Assembly (NCBI GenBank): GCA_023205875.1
Contig: CP060769.1
Span: forward strand, 124,001 to 188,000
Direction: 5' to 3'
DNA: 64,000 nt
Origin: Chloropicon primus
Taxonomy: Eukaryota
Shown here: one piece after another, positions 42,807 to 55,600 of the stretch
How positions within the stretch are numbered: the stretch's first letter is position 1
Layout: each line of letters opens with the position of its first letter
Made by a program: the position numbers and the translations under genes
Notes under the pieces: model-generated
The model's input: only the letters and a program-made list of their open reading frames with translations
Told to the model about the DNA's origin: nothing
Database searches by the model: none

Positions 42807-45644
42807 TCAGAAGAGGATTTCCTTCATTTCCGATGCGCGGGAGGCGGTGAGGTAAGAGTGAGACTTCACAATCTCCCTCACTTGGACGCCATCGATGGTG
42901 TTGTCCTGCAAAAGCTTCTGGGTGATCGCATCGAGGGCGGCCTCGTTCTCCCTCAGGAGTCTCTTTGCTTGCTCGAGGGAATCGGTCAAAAGAGCTTGCC
43001 TGTGCTGCTCTGCCTTTTCCAGAGTCTCCGGGGCAAACCTGTCGTAAGGTATCTTGTACATGGGCGAGCTCGACCAGAGGCCGCTTGTGCCGTAGATGGA
43101 CTCCTCCTCGCACAAGTCGGCGAGGGGGCAAGAGGGGAGGTCGCTGTCGCCAGTGATCCCGAGGACCATCACCAGCTGGGAGGCAATGTGCCTGGCCATG
43201 TGCAGGTGACTCTGGTGGATCGTGCTGATGTTGTGGCATCCGCCGGCCGAGGACTCCGATTTGATCAGGTCGGCCGCGTATCCCGCAAGGGTGGCGACGA
43301 GGAGCTCCTTGTAGTAGTTTGCTGTCCACTGATTCGTGCTCCTCCTCTCCTCGTTCACGAGCACGTTCTGCCTTCCCAAAGGCAACCTCTCGTAGCACTC
43401 GATGCTCGCCACCTCCACCTCCTCCAAAGCGGGGAGCAGGGTGAGGGCCAGGGACACCCCGGCCGACTGAAGCGCCACCAGCTCCCTTTCCCTCGGGGTG
43501 AACGCGGTGTCTATCCTGTCGCCAAGCTGGCCCCTCTTCAACGCCCTGAGAAAGTGGGACTGATGGAGCTCCGTGGCGCTCTCCCTGGCGGCGATCAGGC
43601 TGCCCTGATTCACGACATCCGCCAGCTCGGCACCACTCATCCCGCTCGTCAGCTTGGCGATCTCTGCGGCATCCACGTCCTCCGCCAGGGGCCTCTTGCT
43701 CGCGTGGACCATGAAGATGGCCTCCCTGGCGGCCATCTCTGGCAAGTCGATCCTCACCTTCCTGTCGAAACGACCTGGCCTGACGAGAGCCTCGTCAAGG
43801 ATGTCGATCCTGTTCGTGGCCGCCATGATCACAATATTCGTGCTCTCCTCAAACCCGTCGATCTCGCTCAGGAGCTGGTTCACGGTCTGGTCCCTCTCCT
43901 CGTTCCCCTCGGCCCCTCCCCTCTTCCTTCCAACGGCATCCAACTCGTCGATGAAGACGATGGCCGGGGCGAGCTGTCTCGCGGTGGTGAAAACGTCCCT
44001 CACCCTCGCCGCGCCGACGCCAATGAACATTTCGACGAACTCCGAGGCGTTGATCGACAGGAAGCTCACTCCGGCCTCGCCCGCGACGGCCCTGGCCATC
44101 AAGGTCTTGCCGTTACCCGGGGGGCCCTCGAGAAGGACGCCCTTCGGCACCCTGGCCCCAACGTTCCTCCAGTACTGGGGGTTCTGGAAAAAGTCCACGA
44201 TCTCTTGGAGCTGGTACACGACCTCGGGGAGTCCAGCGACGTCCTTGAAGGTCACGGTCTCGTCGTCCAGGTACTGGAACTTGACGCCCCTCTGCTGCAT
44301 CTTCCTGCCCACCTTCCTCAGCCTCGCTTGCTGCACTTTCTGGTCCCTCTTGTCCTGCACCCTCTGGATCTTCACGGCGGACTTCAAGAACCTTTGGGTC
44401 TCATCTCCGCCGCTCCCTGCGGCGGAAGAGTCCCCCTCCCCCTGGCCGCCCTTGGACCTGAAGGTCATCGAGTCCTCCGCCGACGCCTTTGTGGGGTCAG
44501 CAAGCTTTCCCTCCGACGCGAGGAGGACGAGGTCCTCGATCTCTTCCTTGTCGTACGGAACCTTGAGCCTGTCCATCCTCGCGAAGATGTCCTCGGCGCC
44601 GTAACCCTGGAACGCCATCTCCTCCGCCTCCCTCCTGAGCTGCGCTTGCCTCTCCTGCTCCTTCCACTCCTTCTTCTGCTGGTCCTTGGCGATGTTGAGC
44701 TTCTTCCTGTCCTCCGCGTCCCCTTGCAGCTTGGCCTTCACTTGGGAAAGGCCGTACAGGACCCCCAAGCCCAGGAGGGGGAAGGCGATGACGGCGGACT
44801 TGCCGAAGCCACCCGTCTCGTCGATGAACCCGCCAAGGAACGAGAAGGCGCCCGTGCCCTGCCTCTTGGCCTGGTATCCCTCCATGGGCTCCACCGTCAG
44901 CTCCACCGTGACGCCGTGGTTCTCGAGCTCCTCGTGGAGCTTTGGGTCGTCCTCCGGCACGAGGGACTGCGCGACCGTTCTGTCATGGTACACCACCAGG
45001 CACGGCAGCCTCGGCAGCCTCACCGGAACCTGCTCGTACTCGTCCCTCCTCGTGAAGAAGATCACCTTGTCCACGCGGTTCTCGGCCACGTCGCGCACCA
45101 GCTCGTTATAGTTCAGCACCTTCCTCACCGTCGGGCTCCCGTGCCTCTGGGTGAAGTAGTTCGCGTTCTCCACCTTGCCAAGAGAAGACAGGAACGAAAT
45201 CACGTTCCCTCCCCTTCCCTTGGCGTCTCCGGGATCCGCTCGAACGAGAGCCTCCACCCGCTTCGTCCTGTCCTCCTCCGCCTCCGCCGGCAGAACCACT
45301 CGGGACACCTTGTTTGAGCTCTGCACGGTGTTCCACGATTCGTAGCCCAAGTGAACGCCCTTGTCTATCTTCGCCCGGGCCACGTGCGACGCCCTGGGCC
45401 TCCTCGACGACGACGACGACGACGAGCACGCGAGAGAGGACGAACCCGACCTCGTGCTGCTGCTGCTGCTCATCATCACCAGCGTCGTCGTCGTCGTCGT
45501 CGTCGCCCTTGTGCTGCAAGAGGAAGAAGGCGAGGAGGAAGAGGAATATTTCGACGGCGGCTTCCTTTCAGGCAAGCGTGGCGTCGCCGCTCGTCGCCAA
45601 AAACTCCTCCGTCCGAGCGAACCTCCCGTCGTTGCCCTCGCCAT
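42807..45644 (-). CDS. Plastid FtsH-family AAA ATPase lacking the zinc protease motif (FtsHi-type)
   Basis: Ser-rich transit peptide, one TM helix, Walker A GPPGNGKT, Walker B FIDELD and SRH ATNR.DILDEALVRPGRFDR. LQSAGV stands where HEAGH is expected. Confidence 0.88.
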   Translation of the reverse strand: MARATTGGSLGRRSFWRRAATPRLPERKPPSKYSSSSSPSSSCSTRATTTTTTTLVMMSSSSSTRSGSSSLACSSSSSSSRRPRASHVARAKIDKGVHLGYESWNTVQSSNKVSRVVLPAEAEEDRTKRVEALVRADPGDAKGRGGNVISFLSSLGKVENANYFTQRHGSPTVRKVLNYNELVRDVAENRVDKVIFFTRRDEYEQVPVRLPRLPCLVVYHDRTVAQSLVPEDDPKLHEELENHGVTVELTVEPMEGYQAKRQGTGAFSFLGGFIDETGGFGKSAVIAFPLLGLGVLYGLSQVKAKLQGDAEDRKKLNIAKDQQKKEWKEQERQAQLRREAEEMAFQGYGAEDIFARMDRLKVPYDKEEIEDLVLLASEGKLADPTKASAEDSMTFRSKGGQGEGDSSAAGSGGDETQRFLKSAVKIQRVQDKRDQKVQQARLRKVGRKMQQRGVKFQYLDDETVTFKDVAGLPEVVYQLQEIVDFFQNPQYWRNVGARVPKGVLLEGPPGNGKTLMARAVAGEAGVSFLSINASEFVEMFIGVGAARVRDVFTTARQLAPAIVFIDELDAVGRKRGGAEGNEERDQTVNQLLSEIDGFEESTNIVIMAATNRIDILDEALVRPGRFDRKVRIDLPEMAAREAIFMVHASKRPLAEDVDAAEIAKLTSGMSGAELADVVNQGSLIAARESATELHQSHFLRALKRGQLGDRIDTAFTPRERELVALQSAGVSLALTLLPALEEVEVASIECYERLPLGRQNVLVNEERRSTNQWTANYYKELLVATLAGYAADLIKSESSAGGCHNISTIHQSHLHMARHIASQLVMVLGITGDSDLPSCPLADLCEEESIYGTSGLWSSSPMYKIPYDRFAPETLEKAEQHRQALLTDSLEQAKRLLRENEAALDAITQKLLQDNTIDGVQVREIVKSHSYLTASRASEMKEILF

Positions 45645-46630
45645 CCTCGTTTTGTCTTTGTGCCTTATCCTTTATCAATCAATCGATCGATCGAACAACG
45701 ATGATTCACTCCGGACGCCAAAAGAGTCAAGTGAGGTACCAATGGAAAGCTCTCGAGAAGTCCTTTCGCGTCGTGCCTCCGCCCTCCAAAGGTTTCCTCT
45801 CCCTCGCGGTGCCCTGCTCCTCGACCGCAATGGATACACGACCACAGGCCACAATGCCGAGCCGCCTCCTGACCTTTTTTTGCGGTTACTCGGATAAGGG
45901 AGGAGAGAGAGAAAGGAAAGGGGAGGATGGATGGATGGAAGGCCAAGCCCAGGTGGATGGATGGATGGATGGATGGGGTGGGATCGAAGAGCACCTCCTC
46001 AGCACCAACCGCCTCGACACCAGCATCGAATTTGGCGTGATGCCGTCGTCCTCTGAGACGCAAGGAGAGGATGCAATGGATGAATCATTTTGCTTGCAAG
46101 TCCTTCCACCCCTTTCCCACTTGGTCAGGGGGTTTGCCATGGAATCAACAAGAGGAGGCCATCGTGATCTGTGTCCCCATCATCCCCCCCCTCCTCCATC
46201 CATCACCATCCATCACCATCATATCCATGCATATGTCCTATGTGTGTCCTCCAATAGAAGCCTCCTTCCTTCCTTGCCTCCTCCTCCTCCTCAATCTTCA
46301 CAATTGTGAAGGGAGGACTCCTTGGAAAGAGGAAGAGGCGATCCATGCACAACGCCCGTTGCTGCCCTTGCTCCTCCCCCTCCTCCTCCCCACCATCACG
46401 GTGATGGCATCCCCCTCCCACCTGTCCCCTCCTTCCTCGATGGATTTTCAAACCAGTTTCAGTTGAACAAGAGAGACAGACTTTCTCTCTGGGGATCAAG
46501 GAAGTGGGTCGGTGGATGGCGGCAAGGTCCCGCCTTTATGACACCAGACGCAGCGCATTGTCTTCCCGAGACCTTTTCGTCACGCTCTGCTTCGATTCCG
46601 AGACTCGAGGAAGCCATCTCTCTCTTCTGC

Positions 46631-46663
<33 letters not shown>

Positions 46664-46764
46664 CCCAGCAAGCTCTCCATTGATTGATTGATTGTTTGTT
46701 TGATTGATTGATTTGCAGACCAAGCGGGAGAGGAGGCAGGGGAAGAGGCTTGGAAAGGAGCGCG

Positions 46765-49185
46765 ATGGCCCTCGACTCGTCTTACTACTCGGGAAGCGAG
46801 GGGGAGGACTACGACCTTGACGCCACCTTGGACGAGGAGAAGACGTACGAGTTGTGGAGGTCCCTCTCCGTCAAAGTGAAGGCGTACTTCGACACCTCGT
46901 CCTCGGGCAGGGCGGGCAAGAGGGGAGGCAAGGATGGCATGATCATCGACAAGGAGTTCCAGAAGAAGCTGCACTCGTTGCTCACGCAGGGGCTTCCGCA
47001 AACGAAGGAGACAGGCGTAGTGGTTTGCACGGTGGGAACGGAGGGGTCCTACAAGGTCCTCTACACAGCGCTTGAGAACGGCCTCGTCCTCCGTTGGCGC
47101 TGCAAGGGCAACAAGAGCGACTTGACGGGCGTCCTCAAGGGTCACAAGGGCATGGTGACCAGCATCCTGACCTACTCGCACAAGGGCTTGAACCTGCCTT
47201 ACATGGTGTTCACCGGCTCCGCCGACTCGTCCATCAAGTTGTGGGACCCCAAGTCGAACCAGAGGGTGAGGGAGGGCTCGGTCACGGAGGGAGTGTGCGT
47301 CCAAACCCTGATGGGCCACGGGGGGACGGTCACTTGCATGATACAAGTCCACGACTACATCATCACCGGAAGCACCGACTGCAGCGTGAGGATCTGGCTG
47401 CAGACCACCGACAGGGAGGCTCTCCTGTACCCTTGGTTCGAGCAGCTCCGGGTCCTCAGCACCTTTGGCGGCTGGGTCAAGTACCTCTCCTTCTCCAAGA
47501 CGGAGGACGTGGGGGACAGTGGGAGCCTCTGGGTGGCCGATGGGAATGGCTACGTCACCGAGTTCACCGTGCACGAGACCAAGGGCAAGAGCTACAACAG
47601 CGAGGTCTCTTGGGTCTTCGAGTCCCAGGTCGAGAAGAGGAGGGACACGATCCTGTACCAGACAGCGCAGGACAGGGCCATCATTCAGATCCAGTACATC
47701 GCGGACGAGAACCTGCTGATTTCGTTGGCCTACGACTACTGTCTCAGGGTCTACGACACGAAAATTTGCAAGTGCCTTCACGTCATCCACAACCAGAACG
47801 GTTGCGCCTTCACCTCCTTCTACTACGACTCGAGCCACCGGGACGTTTTCCTTGCCGACCAGTACGGCTACTTCACCATTTACGACGTGGGGACGGGGAA
47901 GCTCATCAGCTGCAAGAGGGTCTGGAGGGAGGCCATCAAGGACCTGAAGTTCATCTCGGACATGTCCACGGTCGTCCTCGCCAGCGAGAATGAGGTCGAG
48001 TTCTGGAAGGTCAACAGGGATACGGACTACAAGCTCGTGAGCTCGGGCCACGTCGGGCCGGTCATCTCCATCGTGACGAAGAGGAGCCACCAGGTGTCGG
48101 CGGTGGCCTTGAACCTCACCTCGACTCTGCGGACGGGGCCCCTGGAGCAGGAGCACAGGATCTTCAGCGCGTCGCTGGACAACACCATTCGAATGTGGGA
48201 CCCTTACGACATGTGCTGCACCAGGGTCCTCAAGGAGGACCGGTCCGAGATCAGCTCGATCACTTGCTTGAGGAGCAAGAGCAAGATCGTGAGCGGCCAC
48301 GACGACGGTTCCCTGAGGCTGTGGAACCTCGACACAGGTAGCACCACCAACTTGAGGGAGCACTCCAACACAGTGACTTGCCTGATCACTGCGTGCTTCG
48401 AGGGAAAGGATGAGGAGCTCGTTCTCAGCGGCTCGTTCGACGGTTACATTTGCGTTTGGGACATGCAGAAGAAGCCGGCCAAGGGTATCATTCCCCATAT
48501 GCTGACCAAGTTCCAAGCCAGCCCAAACTCCGAGATACTTTGCTTGATCCACGACAGCACGAAAAACGTGATCGTCGCCGGAGGCAACGACACTTGCGTG
48601 AGAGTTTGGTCCGAGGCCTACGAGCCTCTGGGGGTCCACGAGGGTCACACGGAGGCGGTGACCTGCCTTGCGCTGGACGCCAACTTCCTGTTCTCCGGGA
48701 GCGAGGATTTCTCGGTCAAGGTGTGGGACACCGTTCCCGCCCGGGGGGGCGAGGGGGGCACTGCGGCGCCTTTCAGGGGCGGCAGCACCCTGATCAAGAC
48801 GCTCGTCGGCCACAAGAGGACCGTCACCAGCGTTGAGATCGAGCCTTCCTCGGGGCACCTTCTGTCCTGCGGCATGGACGGCGTGCTGAACATTTGGGAC
48901 TACTCGAGGGGCCACATCCTGAAGACTTTCAGGCACAGGGAGGAGCTGAGGTGCATGGTCATGCGAGGAGACAAGAGCGAAGTGATGGTCGGCACGATGC
49001 AGGAGAACATTCTGAGGTTCCCCCTTCCCACGGGCGCCGACCTCGAGAAGTTGGAGATGGACCTGAAGAAGATCGAGGAGGCCGGGGACGGGACGGCAGC
49101 CGACGACAGCGGTGCGGTCGAAGACGTCAAGGAAGACCAGCAGGAGCGACATGAAGAAGTTGTTGATCCACGAGACGCATCGTAA
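46765..49185 (+). CDS. WD40-repeat protein (probable double beta-propeller)
   Basis: More than 10 GH...S.S.D..I..WD repeats. The first ATG is at 46765. Confidence 0.88.
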   Translation: MALDSSYYSGSEGEDYDLDATLDEEKTYELWRSLSVKVKAYFDTSSSGRAGKRGGKDGMIIDKEFQKKLHSLLTQGLPQTKETGVVVCTVGTEGSYKVLYTALENGLVLRWRCKGNKSDLTGVLKGHKGMVTSILTYSHKGLNLPYMVFTGSADSSIKLWDPKSNQRVREGSVTEGVCVQTLMGHGGTVTCMIQVHDYIITGSTDCSVRIWLQTTDREALLYPWFEQLRVLSTFGGWVKYLSFSKTEDVGDSGSLWVADGNGYVTEFTVHETKGKSYNSEVSWVFESQVEKRRDTILYQTAQDRAIIQIQYIADENLLISLAYDYCLRVYDTKICKCLHVIHNQNGCAFTSFYYDSSHRDVFLADQYGYFTIYDVGTGKLISCKRVWREAIKDLKFISDMSTVVLASENEVEFWKVNRDTDYKLVSSGHVGPVISIVTKRSHQVSAVALNLTSTLRTGPLEQEHRIFSASLDNTIRMWDPYDMCCTRVLKEDRSEISSITCLRSKSKIVSGHDDGSLRLWNLDTGSTTNLREHSNTVTCLITACFEGKDEELVLSGSFDGYICVWDMQKKPAKGIIPHMLTKFQASPNSEILCLIHDSTKNVIVAGGNDTCVRVWSEAYEPLGVHEGHTEAVTCLALDANFLFSGSEDFSVKVWDTVPARGGEGGTAAPFRGGSTLIKTLVGHKRTVTSVEIEPSSGHLLSCGMDGVLNIWDYSRGHILKTFRHREELRCMVMRGDKSEVMVGTMQENILRFPLPTGADLEKLEMDLKKIEEAGDGTAADDSGAVEDVKEDQQERHEEVVDPRDAS

Positions 49186-49687
49186 CCGTCGTCATCTTTC
49201 TCCCCTGTACTGTACTATCACACCATGCTTTTTGTAAAATTTGACCAAAGGAGAAATTCAAACAGAATTCGTCCGACGCTTCACTTTTCCGCAACAGTGA
49301 ATCCACGCTATTCGCAACATTTCCGTCAACAATGGGGCGCCCCATACTTTCCAAGAATTCTCGGCCGAGTTTCGACATTTCCCGAGTAGTTTTAGCCGTG
49401 TTGAGGCCAACATTTCCGTCGCTGTGGTGAGTGACCGAATTTCGTAATTCTTCTTCCACCCCCTCATTGGCGCGGTTAAGACGCAATCTGTACTCTTCAC
49501 ACGCTCGACCCTGCTGTGGTGACCGAATTGGACGAATTGGACGAATTGACAGGGGGAAGGGACACAGCCGCAGCGGGAAGGAGGGACCACGCGAGGAGAG
49601 GAAGGTTTGGGTCACTTCACTCTTCTTCAAGCGACATTCCTTCTCCTTGTGACTGGTTCATAGACTTGAGACAAGACAGGTGACACA

Positions 49688-52600
49688 ATGGTAAGACCAA
49701 GCAAGCCAACCATTTATACATTCGTTCGTTCGTTCGTTCATTGCCGGTGTGGAGCCCAATTCAGGACCAAGCTCCAGGAGGTCTCTTGCAAGATGAGATG
49801 CTCGACCCAGTGACGGACCGAGTACCGAAATTGAATGGTTTCAGGGATTGGATTCCTTGTGACTGACCACTTCTCCCTGTCTGTCTGTCTCTCGCTCGCT
49901 CGCTCGCTCCCTTCTCTGTATTCGCTGGGAACGATTTGGTCTCTCTCTCCAAATCGGAAACTATTTGGTCTCTCTCTCTCTCTGAGCAGTCTGTGACTTG
50001 GGAGCTCGCCCAGTTGAAGTCTGGCAGTCAGCCAGAACCTCGCTCGGGTCACACGTTCACCAACGTTGGAAGCAAGAACATTCTTTTTGGCGGTTTCGGT
50101 AGAAAGAACGGTGAGTCACTCTCTTCGTCACCAAACTCTTTCCAAACACGCGCTGACATTGAAGCTCTCTCTCTCTCTCTCTTCCAAAGGTGTTGCGTCG
50201 ACGTTCAGCGATGTTTGGAACTTGGATATCCAGAGTCCAGACTTGCTGGTGTGGAACGAGTCCAAGACGACGAGCGTGGAGGGGGACGGGGGGGAGGTGC
50301 CTCTCCCTCGCTCCCACCACACTGCCGTCGCGATATCGAACAACAGGTTGCTGATCTTCGGTGGTATCAACACCAGGACGAGGTACAATGATGTTTGGAT
50401 CTTGGAGATACAGGGCGACAAGGCGGTGTGGATAAAGCCTCACGTGGAGGGGCCAACTCCACCGGCGAGGTCCCACCACACCTGCGCCTTCAGGGACAAC
50501 GTCGTGTACCTCTTCGGAGGATACGGTGGTCACGGCAAGGCTTACGATGACCTGTGGACCTTGTCCCTGGGCGACGACGAGACCCCAATGACTTGGACTC
50601 TGGCGGAGCCCAAGGGCCACGGTCCAGCGCCGAGGTTCAACCACACCATTGCTTACTTTCCAAACGTGCTCGTGATCTGCGGCGGAAGGGACAACTCCCA
50701 GACCTTCAGGGACATGCACTTGCTGGACTTGGGCACCATGACGTGGCAGGACGCGGCGTCCAACCCGAGTCTGGCGGTTGGCATCTGCAACAACGTGTGC
50801 AGCGCCATCGAGAGCGTGCCGAACTACAAGCTGTTCACCTTTGGAGGAAAGAAGGGCATCATGGACTACATCAACTCGGTCGACGTCATGGATTGCGGGC
50901 AGCTGGTCTGGAACACCATGAACGTGATGGGCAAGCCACCTTGCCCCAGGGAGGACACCGCCTGGATTTACGACAACAAGTCTTGCTGCCTCGTGGTGTT
51001 CGGTGGGTGGGCGAACAGGTGGATGGGCGACACGTGGAAGCTCAACATCTCCGCTATCATCGGTCCACCTTACGCTTGCATGAGGATCACTCCCAACGAC
51101 GGCCCAGTCTTTGGTGACACCGAGCTCAAGATCAGCGGTCTTCAGTTCAGGCAGTCCCCGAAGATCGAGGTCAGGTTCGGAGCAGGAAAGAACGAGGTCA
51201 CCGTGCCCGGTACCTTCGTCGATCAGAACACGATCACCTGCACCACGCCGAACTACGAGAAGTTCGGTGCCATGGAGGTGGACGTCAGAGTATCCATCAG
51301 TGGAGAGGGCTGGACGGTCAACAAGGTCAGGTTCCAGTACTTTGCCAACACTGCCGCGAAGAACTGCCTTGCCTTCGGGCCGGGTATTCTTTCCAACGGC
51401 CTCTTTGGTGTTGACATGCCGTTCCTGATCCAGTCCAAGGACACTTGCAACTCCAAGCGCGTGACCGGAGGGGACAGATTCATCATCGAAGTTGTCAGCA
51501 CGACGGATGCCAAGCTCAAGGGCGATGTGAAGATCGAGGACATGATGAACGGATTGTACGAGGTCAATTACACCGTTCCAAGGCCAGGAAAGTACGTCGT
51601 TTCGATCATGCACGACGACTTGGATGAGGACACCAAGACAGGAAACGTGGAGCTGATCCACATTCGTGGCAGTCCCTTCGAGGTCGAGCTGGAGAACCCA
51701 TGGTCCTACCCAACCGTCGAGGGAGACGTTCCCGGGAAGGAGAACAAGGAGAACCTCTGCCCGGTCGCCAACTCTTTCGCGCTCATGGGCGAGGAGGACA
51801 TCTCCATCCTGTCGCCTGAGGGTGGAAACTGGACCTGGAAGAAGTCGGAGATCGAGGGCACGGCCCCAGTGAAGCGCACGGATGCCTCCGTGGCGTCCAT
51901 TGGGGACGAGATCATCATCTTCGGAGGAAAGACCGATGAGGGTGACACCTTGAACGACGTCCACGTCTTGAAGAAGACCGAGAACGTGCTCAAGTGGTCT
52001 GCGATTACGGACGTGTCCGCCCCAAGCGAGCCTTCCACCCCGATGAAGAAGCCGGCCACTCCACCAAAGGAGGAGCCAAAGCCAGAGGAGAAGGCGGAGG
52101 AGGAGGCCAAGCCAGAGGCCGAGGACGAGGAGGCCAAGGAAGCTGAACCTGAGGAGGCCAAGGAAGCTGCCGAGGCCGAGGAGCCTGCCGCCGAGGAGAA
52201 GGAGGAGGAGAAGGAGGAGGAGAAGGCCGCGCCGGAGGAGGAGGAGAAGCCCGAGTCTGAGGAGGCCCCTGAGTCTGAGGAGGCCCCAGCCGCCGAGGCC
52301 GAAGCTCCAAAGGAGCCTGAGCCTGAGCCAGAGCTAGAGCCAGCCGCCGCCACGACTCCAAAGAACATTAAGGTGCACGACCCAAGCAAGCCTCGGCCTA
52401 GAATGAGTGCCGCTTGCTGCACGTTGAAGTCCAAGAACCAGTTCTACATCTTTGGTGGAACGGACGACGACAACGTTGTGTCTGACCACGGTTTCCTCGA
52501 AGGATTCGACAGGGGCAACCTCAAGTGGAGCAACCCTAAGGTTGCTGAGGCTGCCTGGGAGAAGAGGAAGAACTACCTCGCGGCTTGCTCTGGAGGCAAG

Positions 52601-55600
52601 GTGTACATCTTTGGTGGCGTGACCACGGACGAGGAGGACATTCAAACGTACCACAACGATGTGTTCGAGGTTTCCATTCAGGCAAAGGACACTTGGGCCA
52701 CCACGCCCGTGGAGCTCAAGGGAGACATTCCGTCCCCCAGGGTTGGGGCACTCTTCTCGCCCTTTGGCCTTGGAAAGCTGATCTTGTTCGGAGGAACGAG
52801 CCAAGATGGCTCCGTCCTCTACGATGCGTACGTTTACGAGATCAAGTCTTCCACCTTCACCAGAGTCTTCTGCGCTGACTCGAGCTTGTTGCCGCAGTCT
52901 GGCGCGATCCTGGCGATTCACGGAAGCAAGATTCTGACCTTGGCCACGGGTGAGGACGGCAAGTACAACAACTTGAGCATGCTCGACCCAGAGGACGTCC
53001 GCGAGAAGTTCAGCTTCACCTCGATCATGCAAAAGTTCACCACGGGTAACTTGGATGAGCTCGAGAGTTGGGTCGCCAAGATGAACGCCGGCTTGCAGCT
53101 CGCTGATAACCTCGAGGGCGTGGCCCAGGACTTCAGCAAGCTCTTGCAGGTCATGGGAGCGCTGTTTGAGATCAAGAGCGCCAAGGACACCAAGGAGCTT
53201 CTCCTGGATCAGGTCAAGGAGACCCTCCAGGTGCTGGGACCCTCCGCCATGGGATCCGCGAAGAAGAAGGCACAGCTCGCTGAGATTGAGGAGCTCTGGG
53301 ACACAGTGTTGGAGGCTGCCCCTCTCGTCAAGACCAGCGTCCAGACCATTCAGGATGTCGAGGGCGAGAGAATCAAGAAGGACATCGCTGACTTCGAGGG
53401 CAAGGTGAAGGACTTCAGAAGGGCTTTCGTTGACAGGAAGTTCTTCAAGTTTGAGAACGGCTGGGACTCTTCGTACTCCGAGTTGGACGGCGCGGTGTCC
53501 GAAATCACGAGCTTGAACGAGGAGCTCATCAAGTTCAAGAGACTGGCCGACCTGTTCGAGTTCCCAGAGGTCATCGCTCCTATCGCGGAGACGATCGACA
53601 ACTGCCAGGCGGACCTCGGAGTCTTGAAGACGGTTTGGGCCACCACCCAGAAGTGCGAGACCCAGTTCGCGGAGTGGAGAAAGACCACGTGGACTGAGAT
53701 CAAGACCGACATTATGGAGATGGGCACCAAGGGTTTCATCAAGGAGATCAAGGCCCTTCCACAGAGGGCCAGGGGATACGACGTCTACTCTGGCATCGAA
53801 AGGAGTGCGAAGAACTTCCTTATTTGCATCCCTCTGGTCGCTGACTTGAGCTCTCCTGACATGAGGGACAGGCACTGGCAGCAGCTCATGGAGAAGACGG
53901 GCGTCAAGCTCGTTATCGATGCCAACTTCAAGCTGGACGACCTCCTTGCGCTCGAGCTGCACAAGTACGAGGACGACGTCAGCGAGATTGTCGACAGGGC
54001 CCAGAAGGAGGCGAAGATGGAGAAGAGTCTTTCCGTGTTGAAGGAGACCTGGAAGACGGTTGAGTACCTCTTCGCTCAGCACAAGAACACCAACGTCCAC
54101 ACCATCAGGATGTCTGAGGAGACCGTCGAGACTTTGGAGGATAACCAGGTCCTGGTGCAGGGCATGATGGCCAACAGGTACATGGACACCTTCCGCGACG
54201 AGATTTTGGGCTGGAACAAGACCTTGGCGTCCGTGGCTGACGTGTCTCAGATCATGATGGAAATCCAGAGGACTTGGGCTTACCTCGAGGCCCTCTTCAT
54301 CCACTCGGACGAGGTGAAGAAGGAGCTGCCCGAGGCCGCAGACCAGTTCAAGAAGATTGACCAGAAGATCAAGGAGGTTCTGGGAACCGTGAACTCAACC
54401 AAGAACGTGGTGCAGTGCTGCACCAAGATTCCTCTCAGCGACCTTGAGAATGAGCAGAAGTCTCTGGAGTTCTGCGAGAAGGCGCTCAGCGACTACATGG
54501 AGAGCAAGAAGAGGGCCTTCCCTCGTTTCTACTTCGTTTCCACTGCTGAGCTGCTGGATATCTTGTCCAACAGCAACGAGCCCGCGAATGTTCAGAAGCA
54601 CATGTCCAAGTGCTTCCAGGCCATTGGCTCGCTCAAGCTTGACAACGACAACCCGCCTCCGGGAACTAGGCCATCTGGTCTTGCCATGATCTCTTGCGTG
54701 GGCTCCGAGGAGGTCGAGTTCAAGTGTCCCCTGAAGCTTGACGGAAAGGTGGAGGAGTACATGAACGCCACCGTCGCCAAGATGAGGAGCGAGCTGCGCG
54801 GTTACTTGGACGAGAGCATCAAGGCCTACCCCGCCAAGCCCAGGACCGAGTGGGTGTTTGACTGGCCCAGTCAGCTCACCCTGGTTGTGAACCAGGTGTT
54901 CTGGACCCACGAAGTGGACGAGGCCTTTGCGAACCTCGGCAAGGACAAGGACGCCATGAAGAAGTACAGCGAGACTCAAGTCAAGCAGCTCACGGACCTC
55001 ATCGCTCTCACCAAGACTGAGCTTCCAAAGCCGAAGAGGACCAAGGTGATGAACATGATCACCATCGATGCGCACAGCAGAGACATTGTGAACAACATTG
55101 TTGAGGCCAAGGCAGACAAGCCGGACAACTTCTTGTGGGCGAGCCAGCTCAAGACCTACTGGGACAAGGACATCAACGACTGCAGGGTTGGCGTGTGTGA
55201 CGCGAGCTTCCCTTACGGCTACGAGTATCTTGGAAATGGCGGCAGGCTTGTGATCACGCCGCTGACGGATAGGATTTACATCACGGCCACCCAAGCTTGC
55301 TGGCTTTGCCTCGGTACGGCCCCTCAGGGGCCCGCCGGAACCGGAAAGACCGAGACCACCAAGGATCTCAGTGCCCAGCTCGGTAAGGGCATCTACGTCT
55401 TCAACTGCAGTCCAGAGATGGATTACAGGACGATGGGAGACATCTTCAAGGGTCTGGCCGCGAGTGGATCCTGGGGATGCTTCGACGAGTTCAACCGTCT
55501 CATCCCTGAGGTGCTCAGCGTTTGCAGCGTTCAGTACAAGGCGGTGTGCGACGCGCAGAGGAAGAAGGCTGCTCTGCCAGGCCGCGGACTGCAGTACGTC

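Noticed and set aside
45665..46700. Short ORFs in the FtsHi-WD40 intergenic region
   Set aside because: The region is dominated by (GGAT)n, (CCT)n and (GA)n simple repeats, with no coding-like codon bias or domain.
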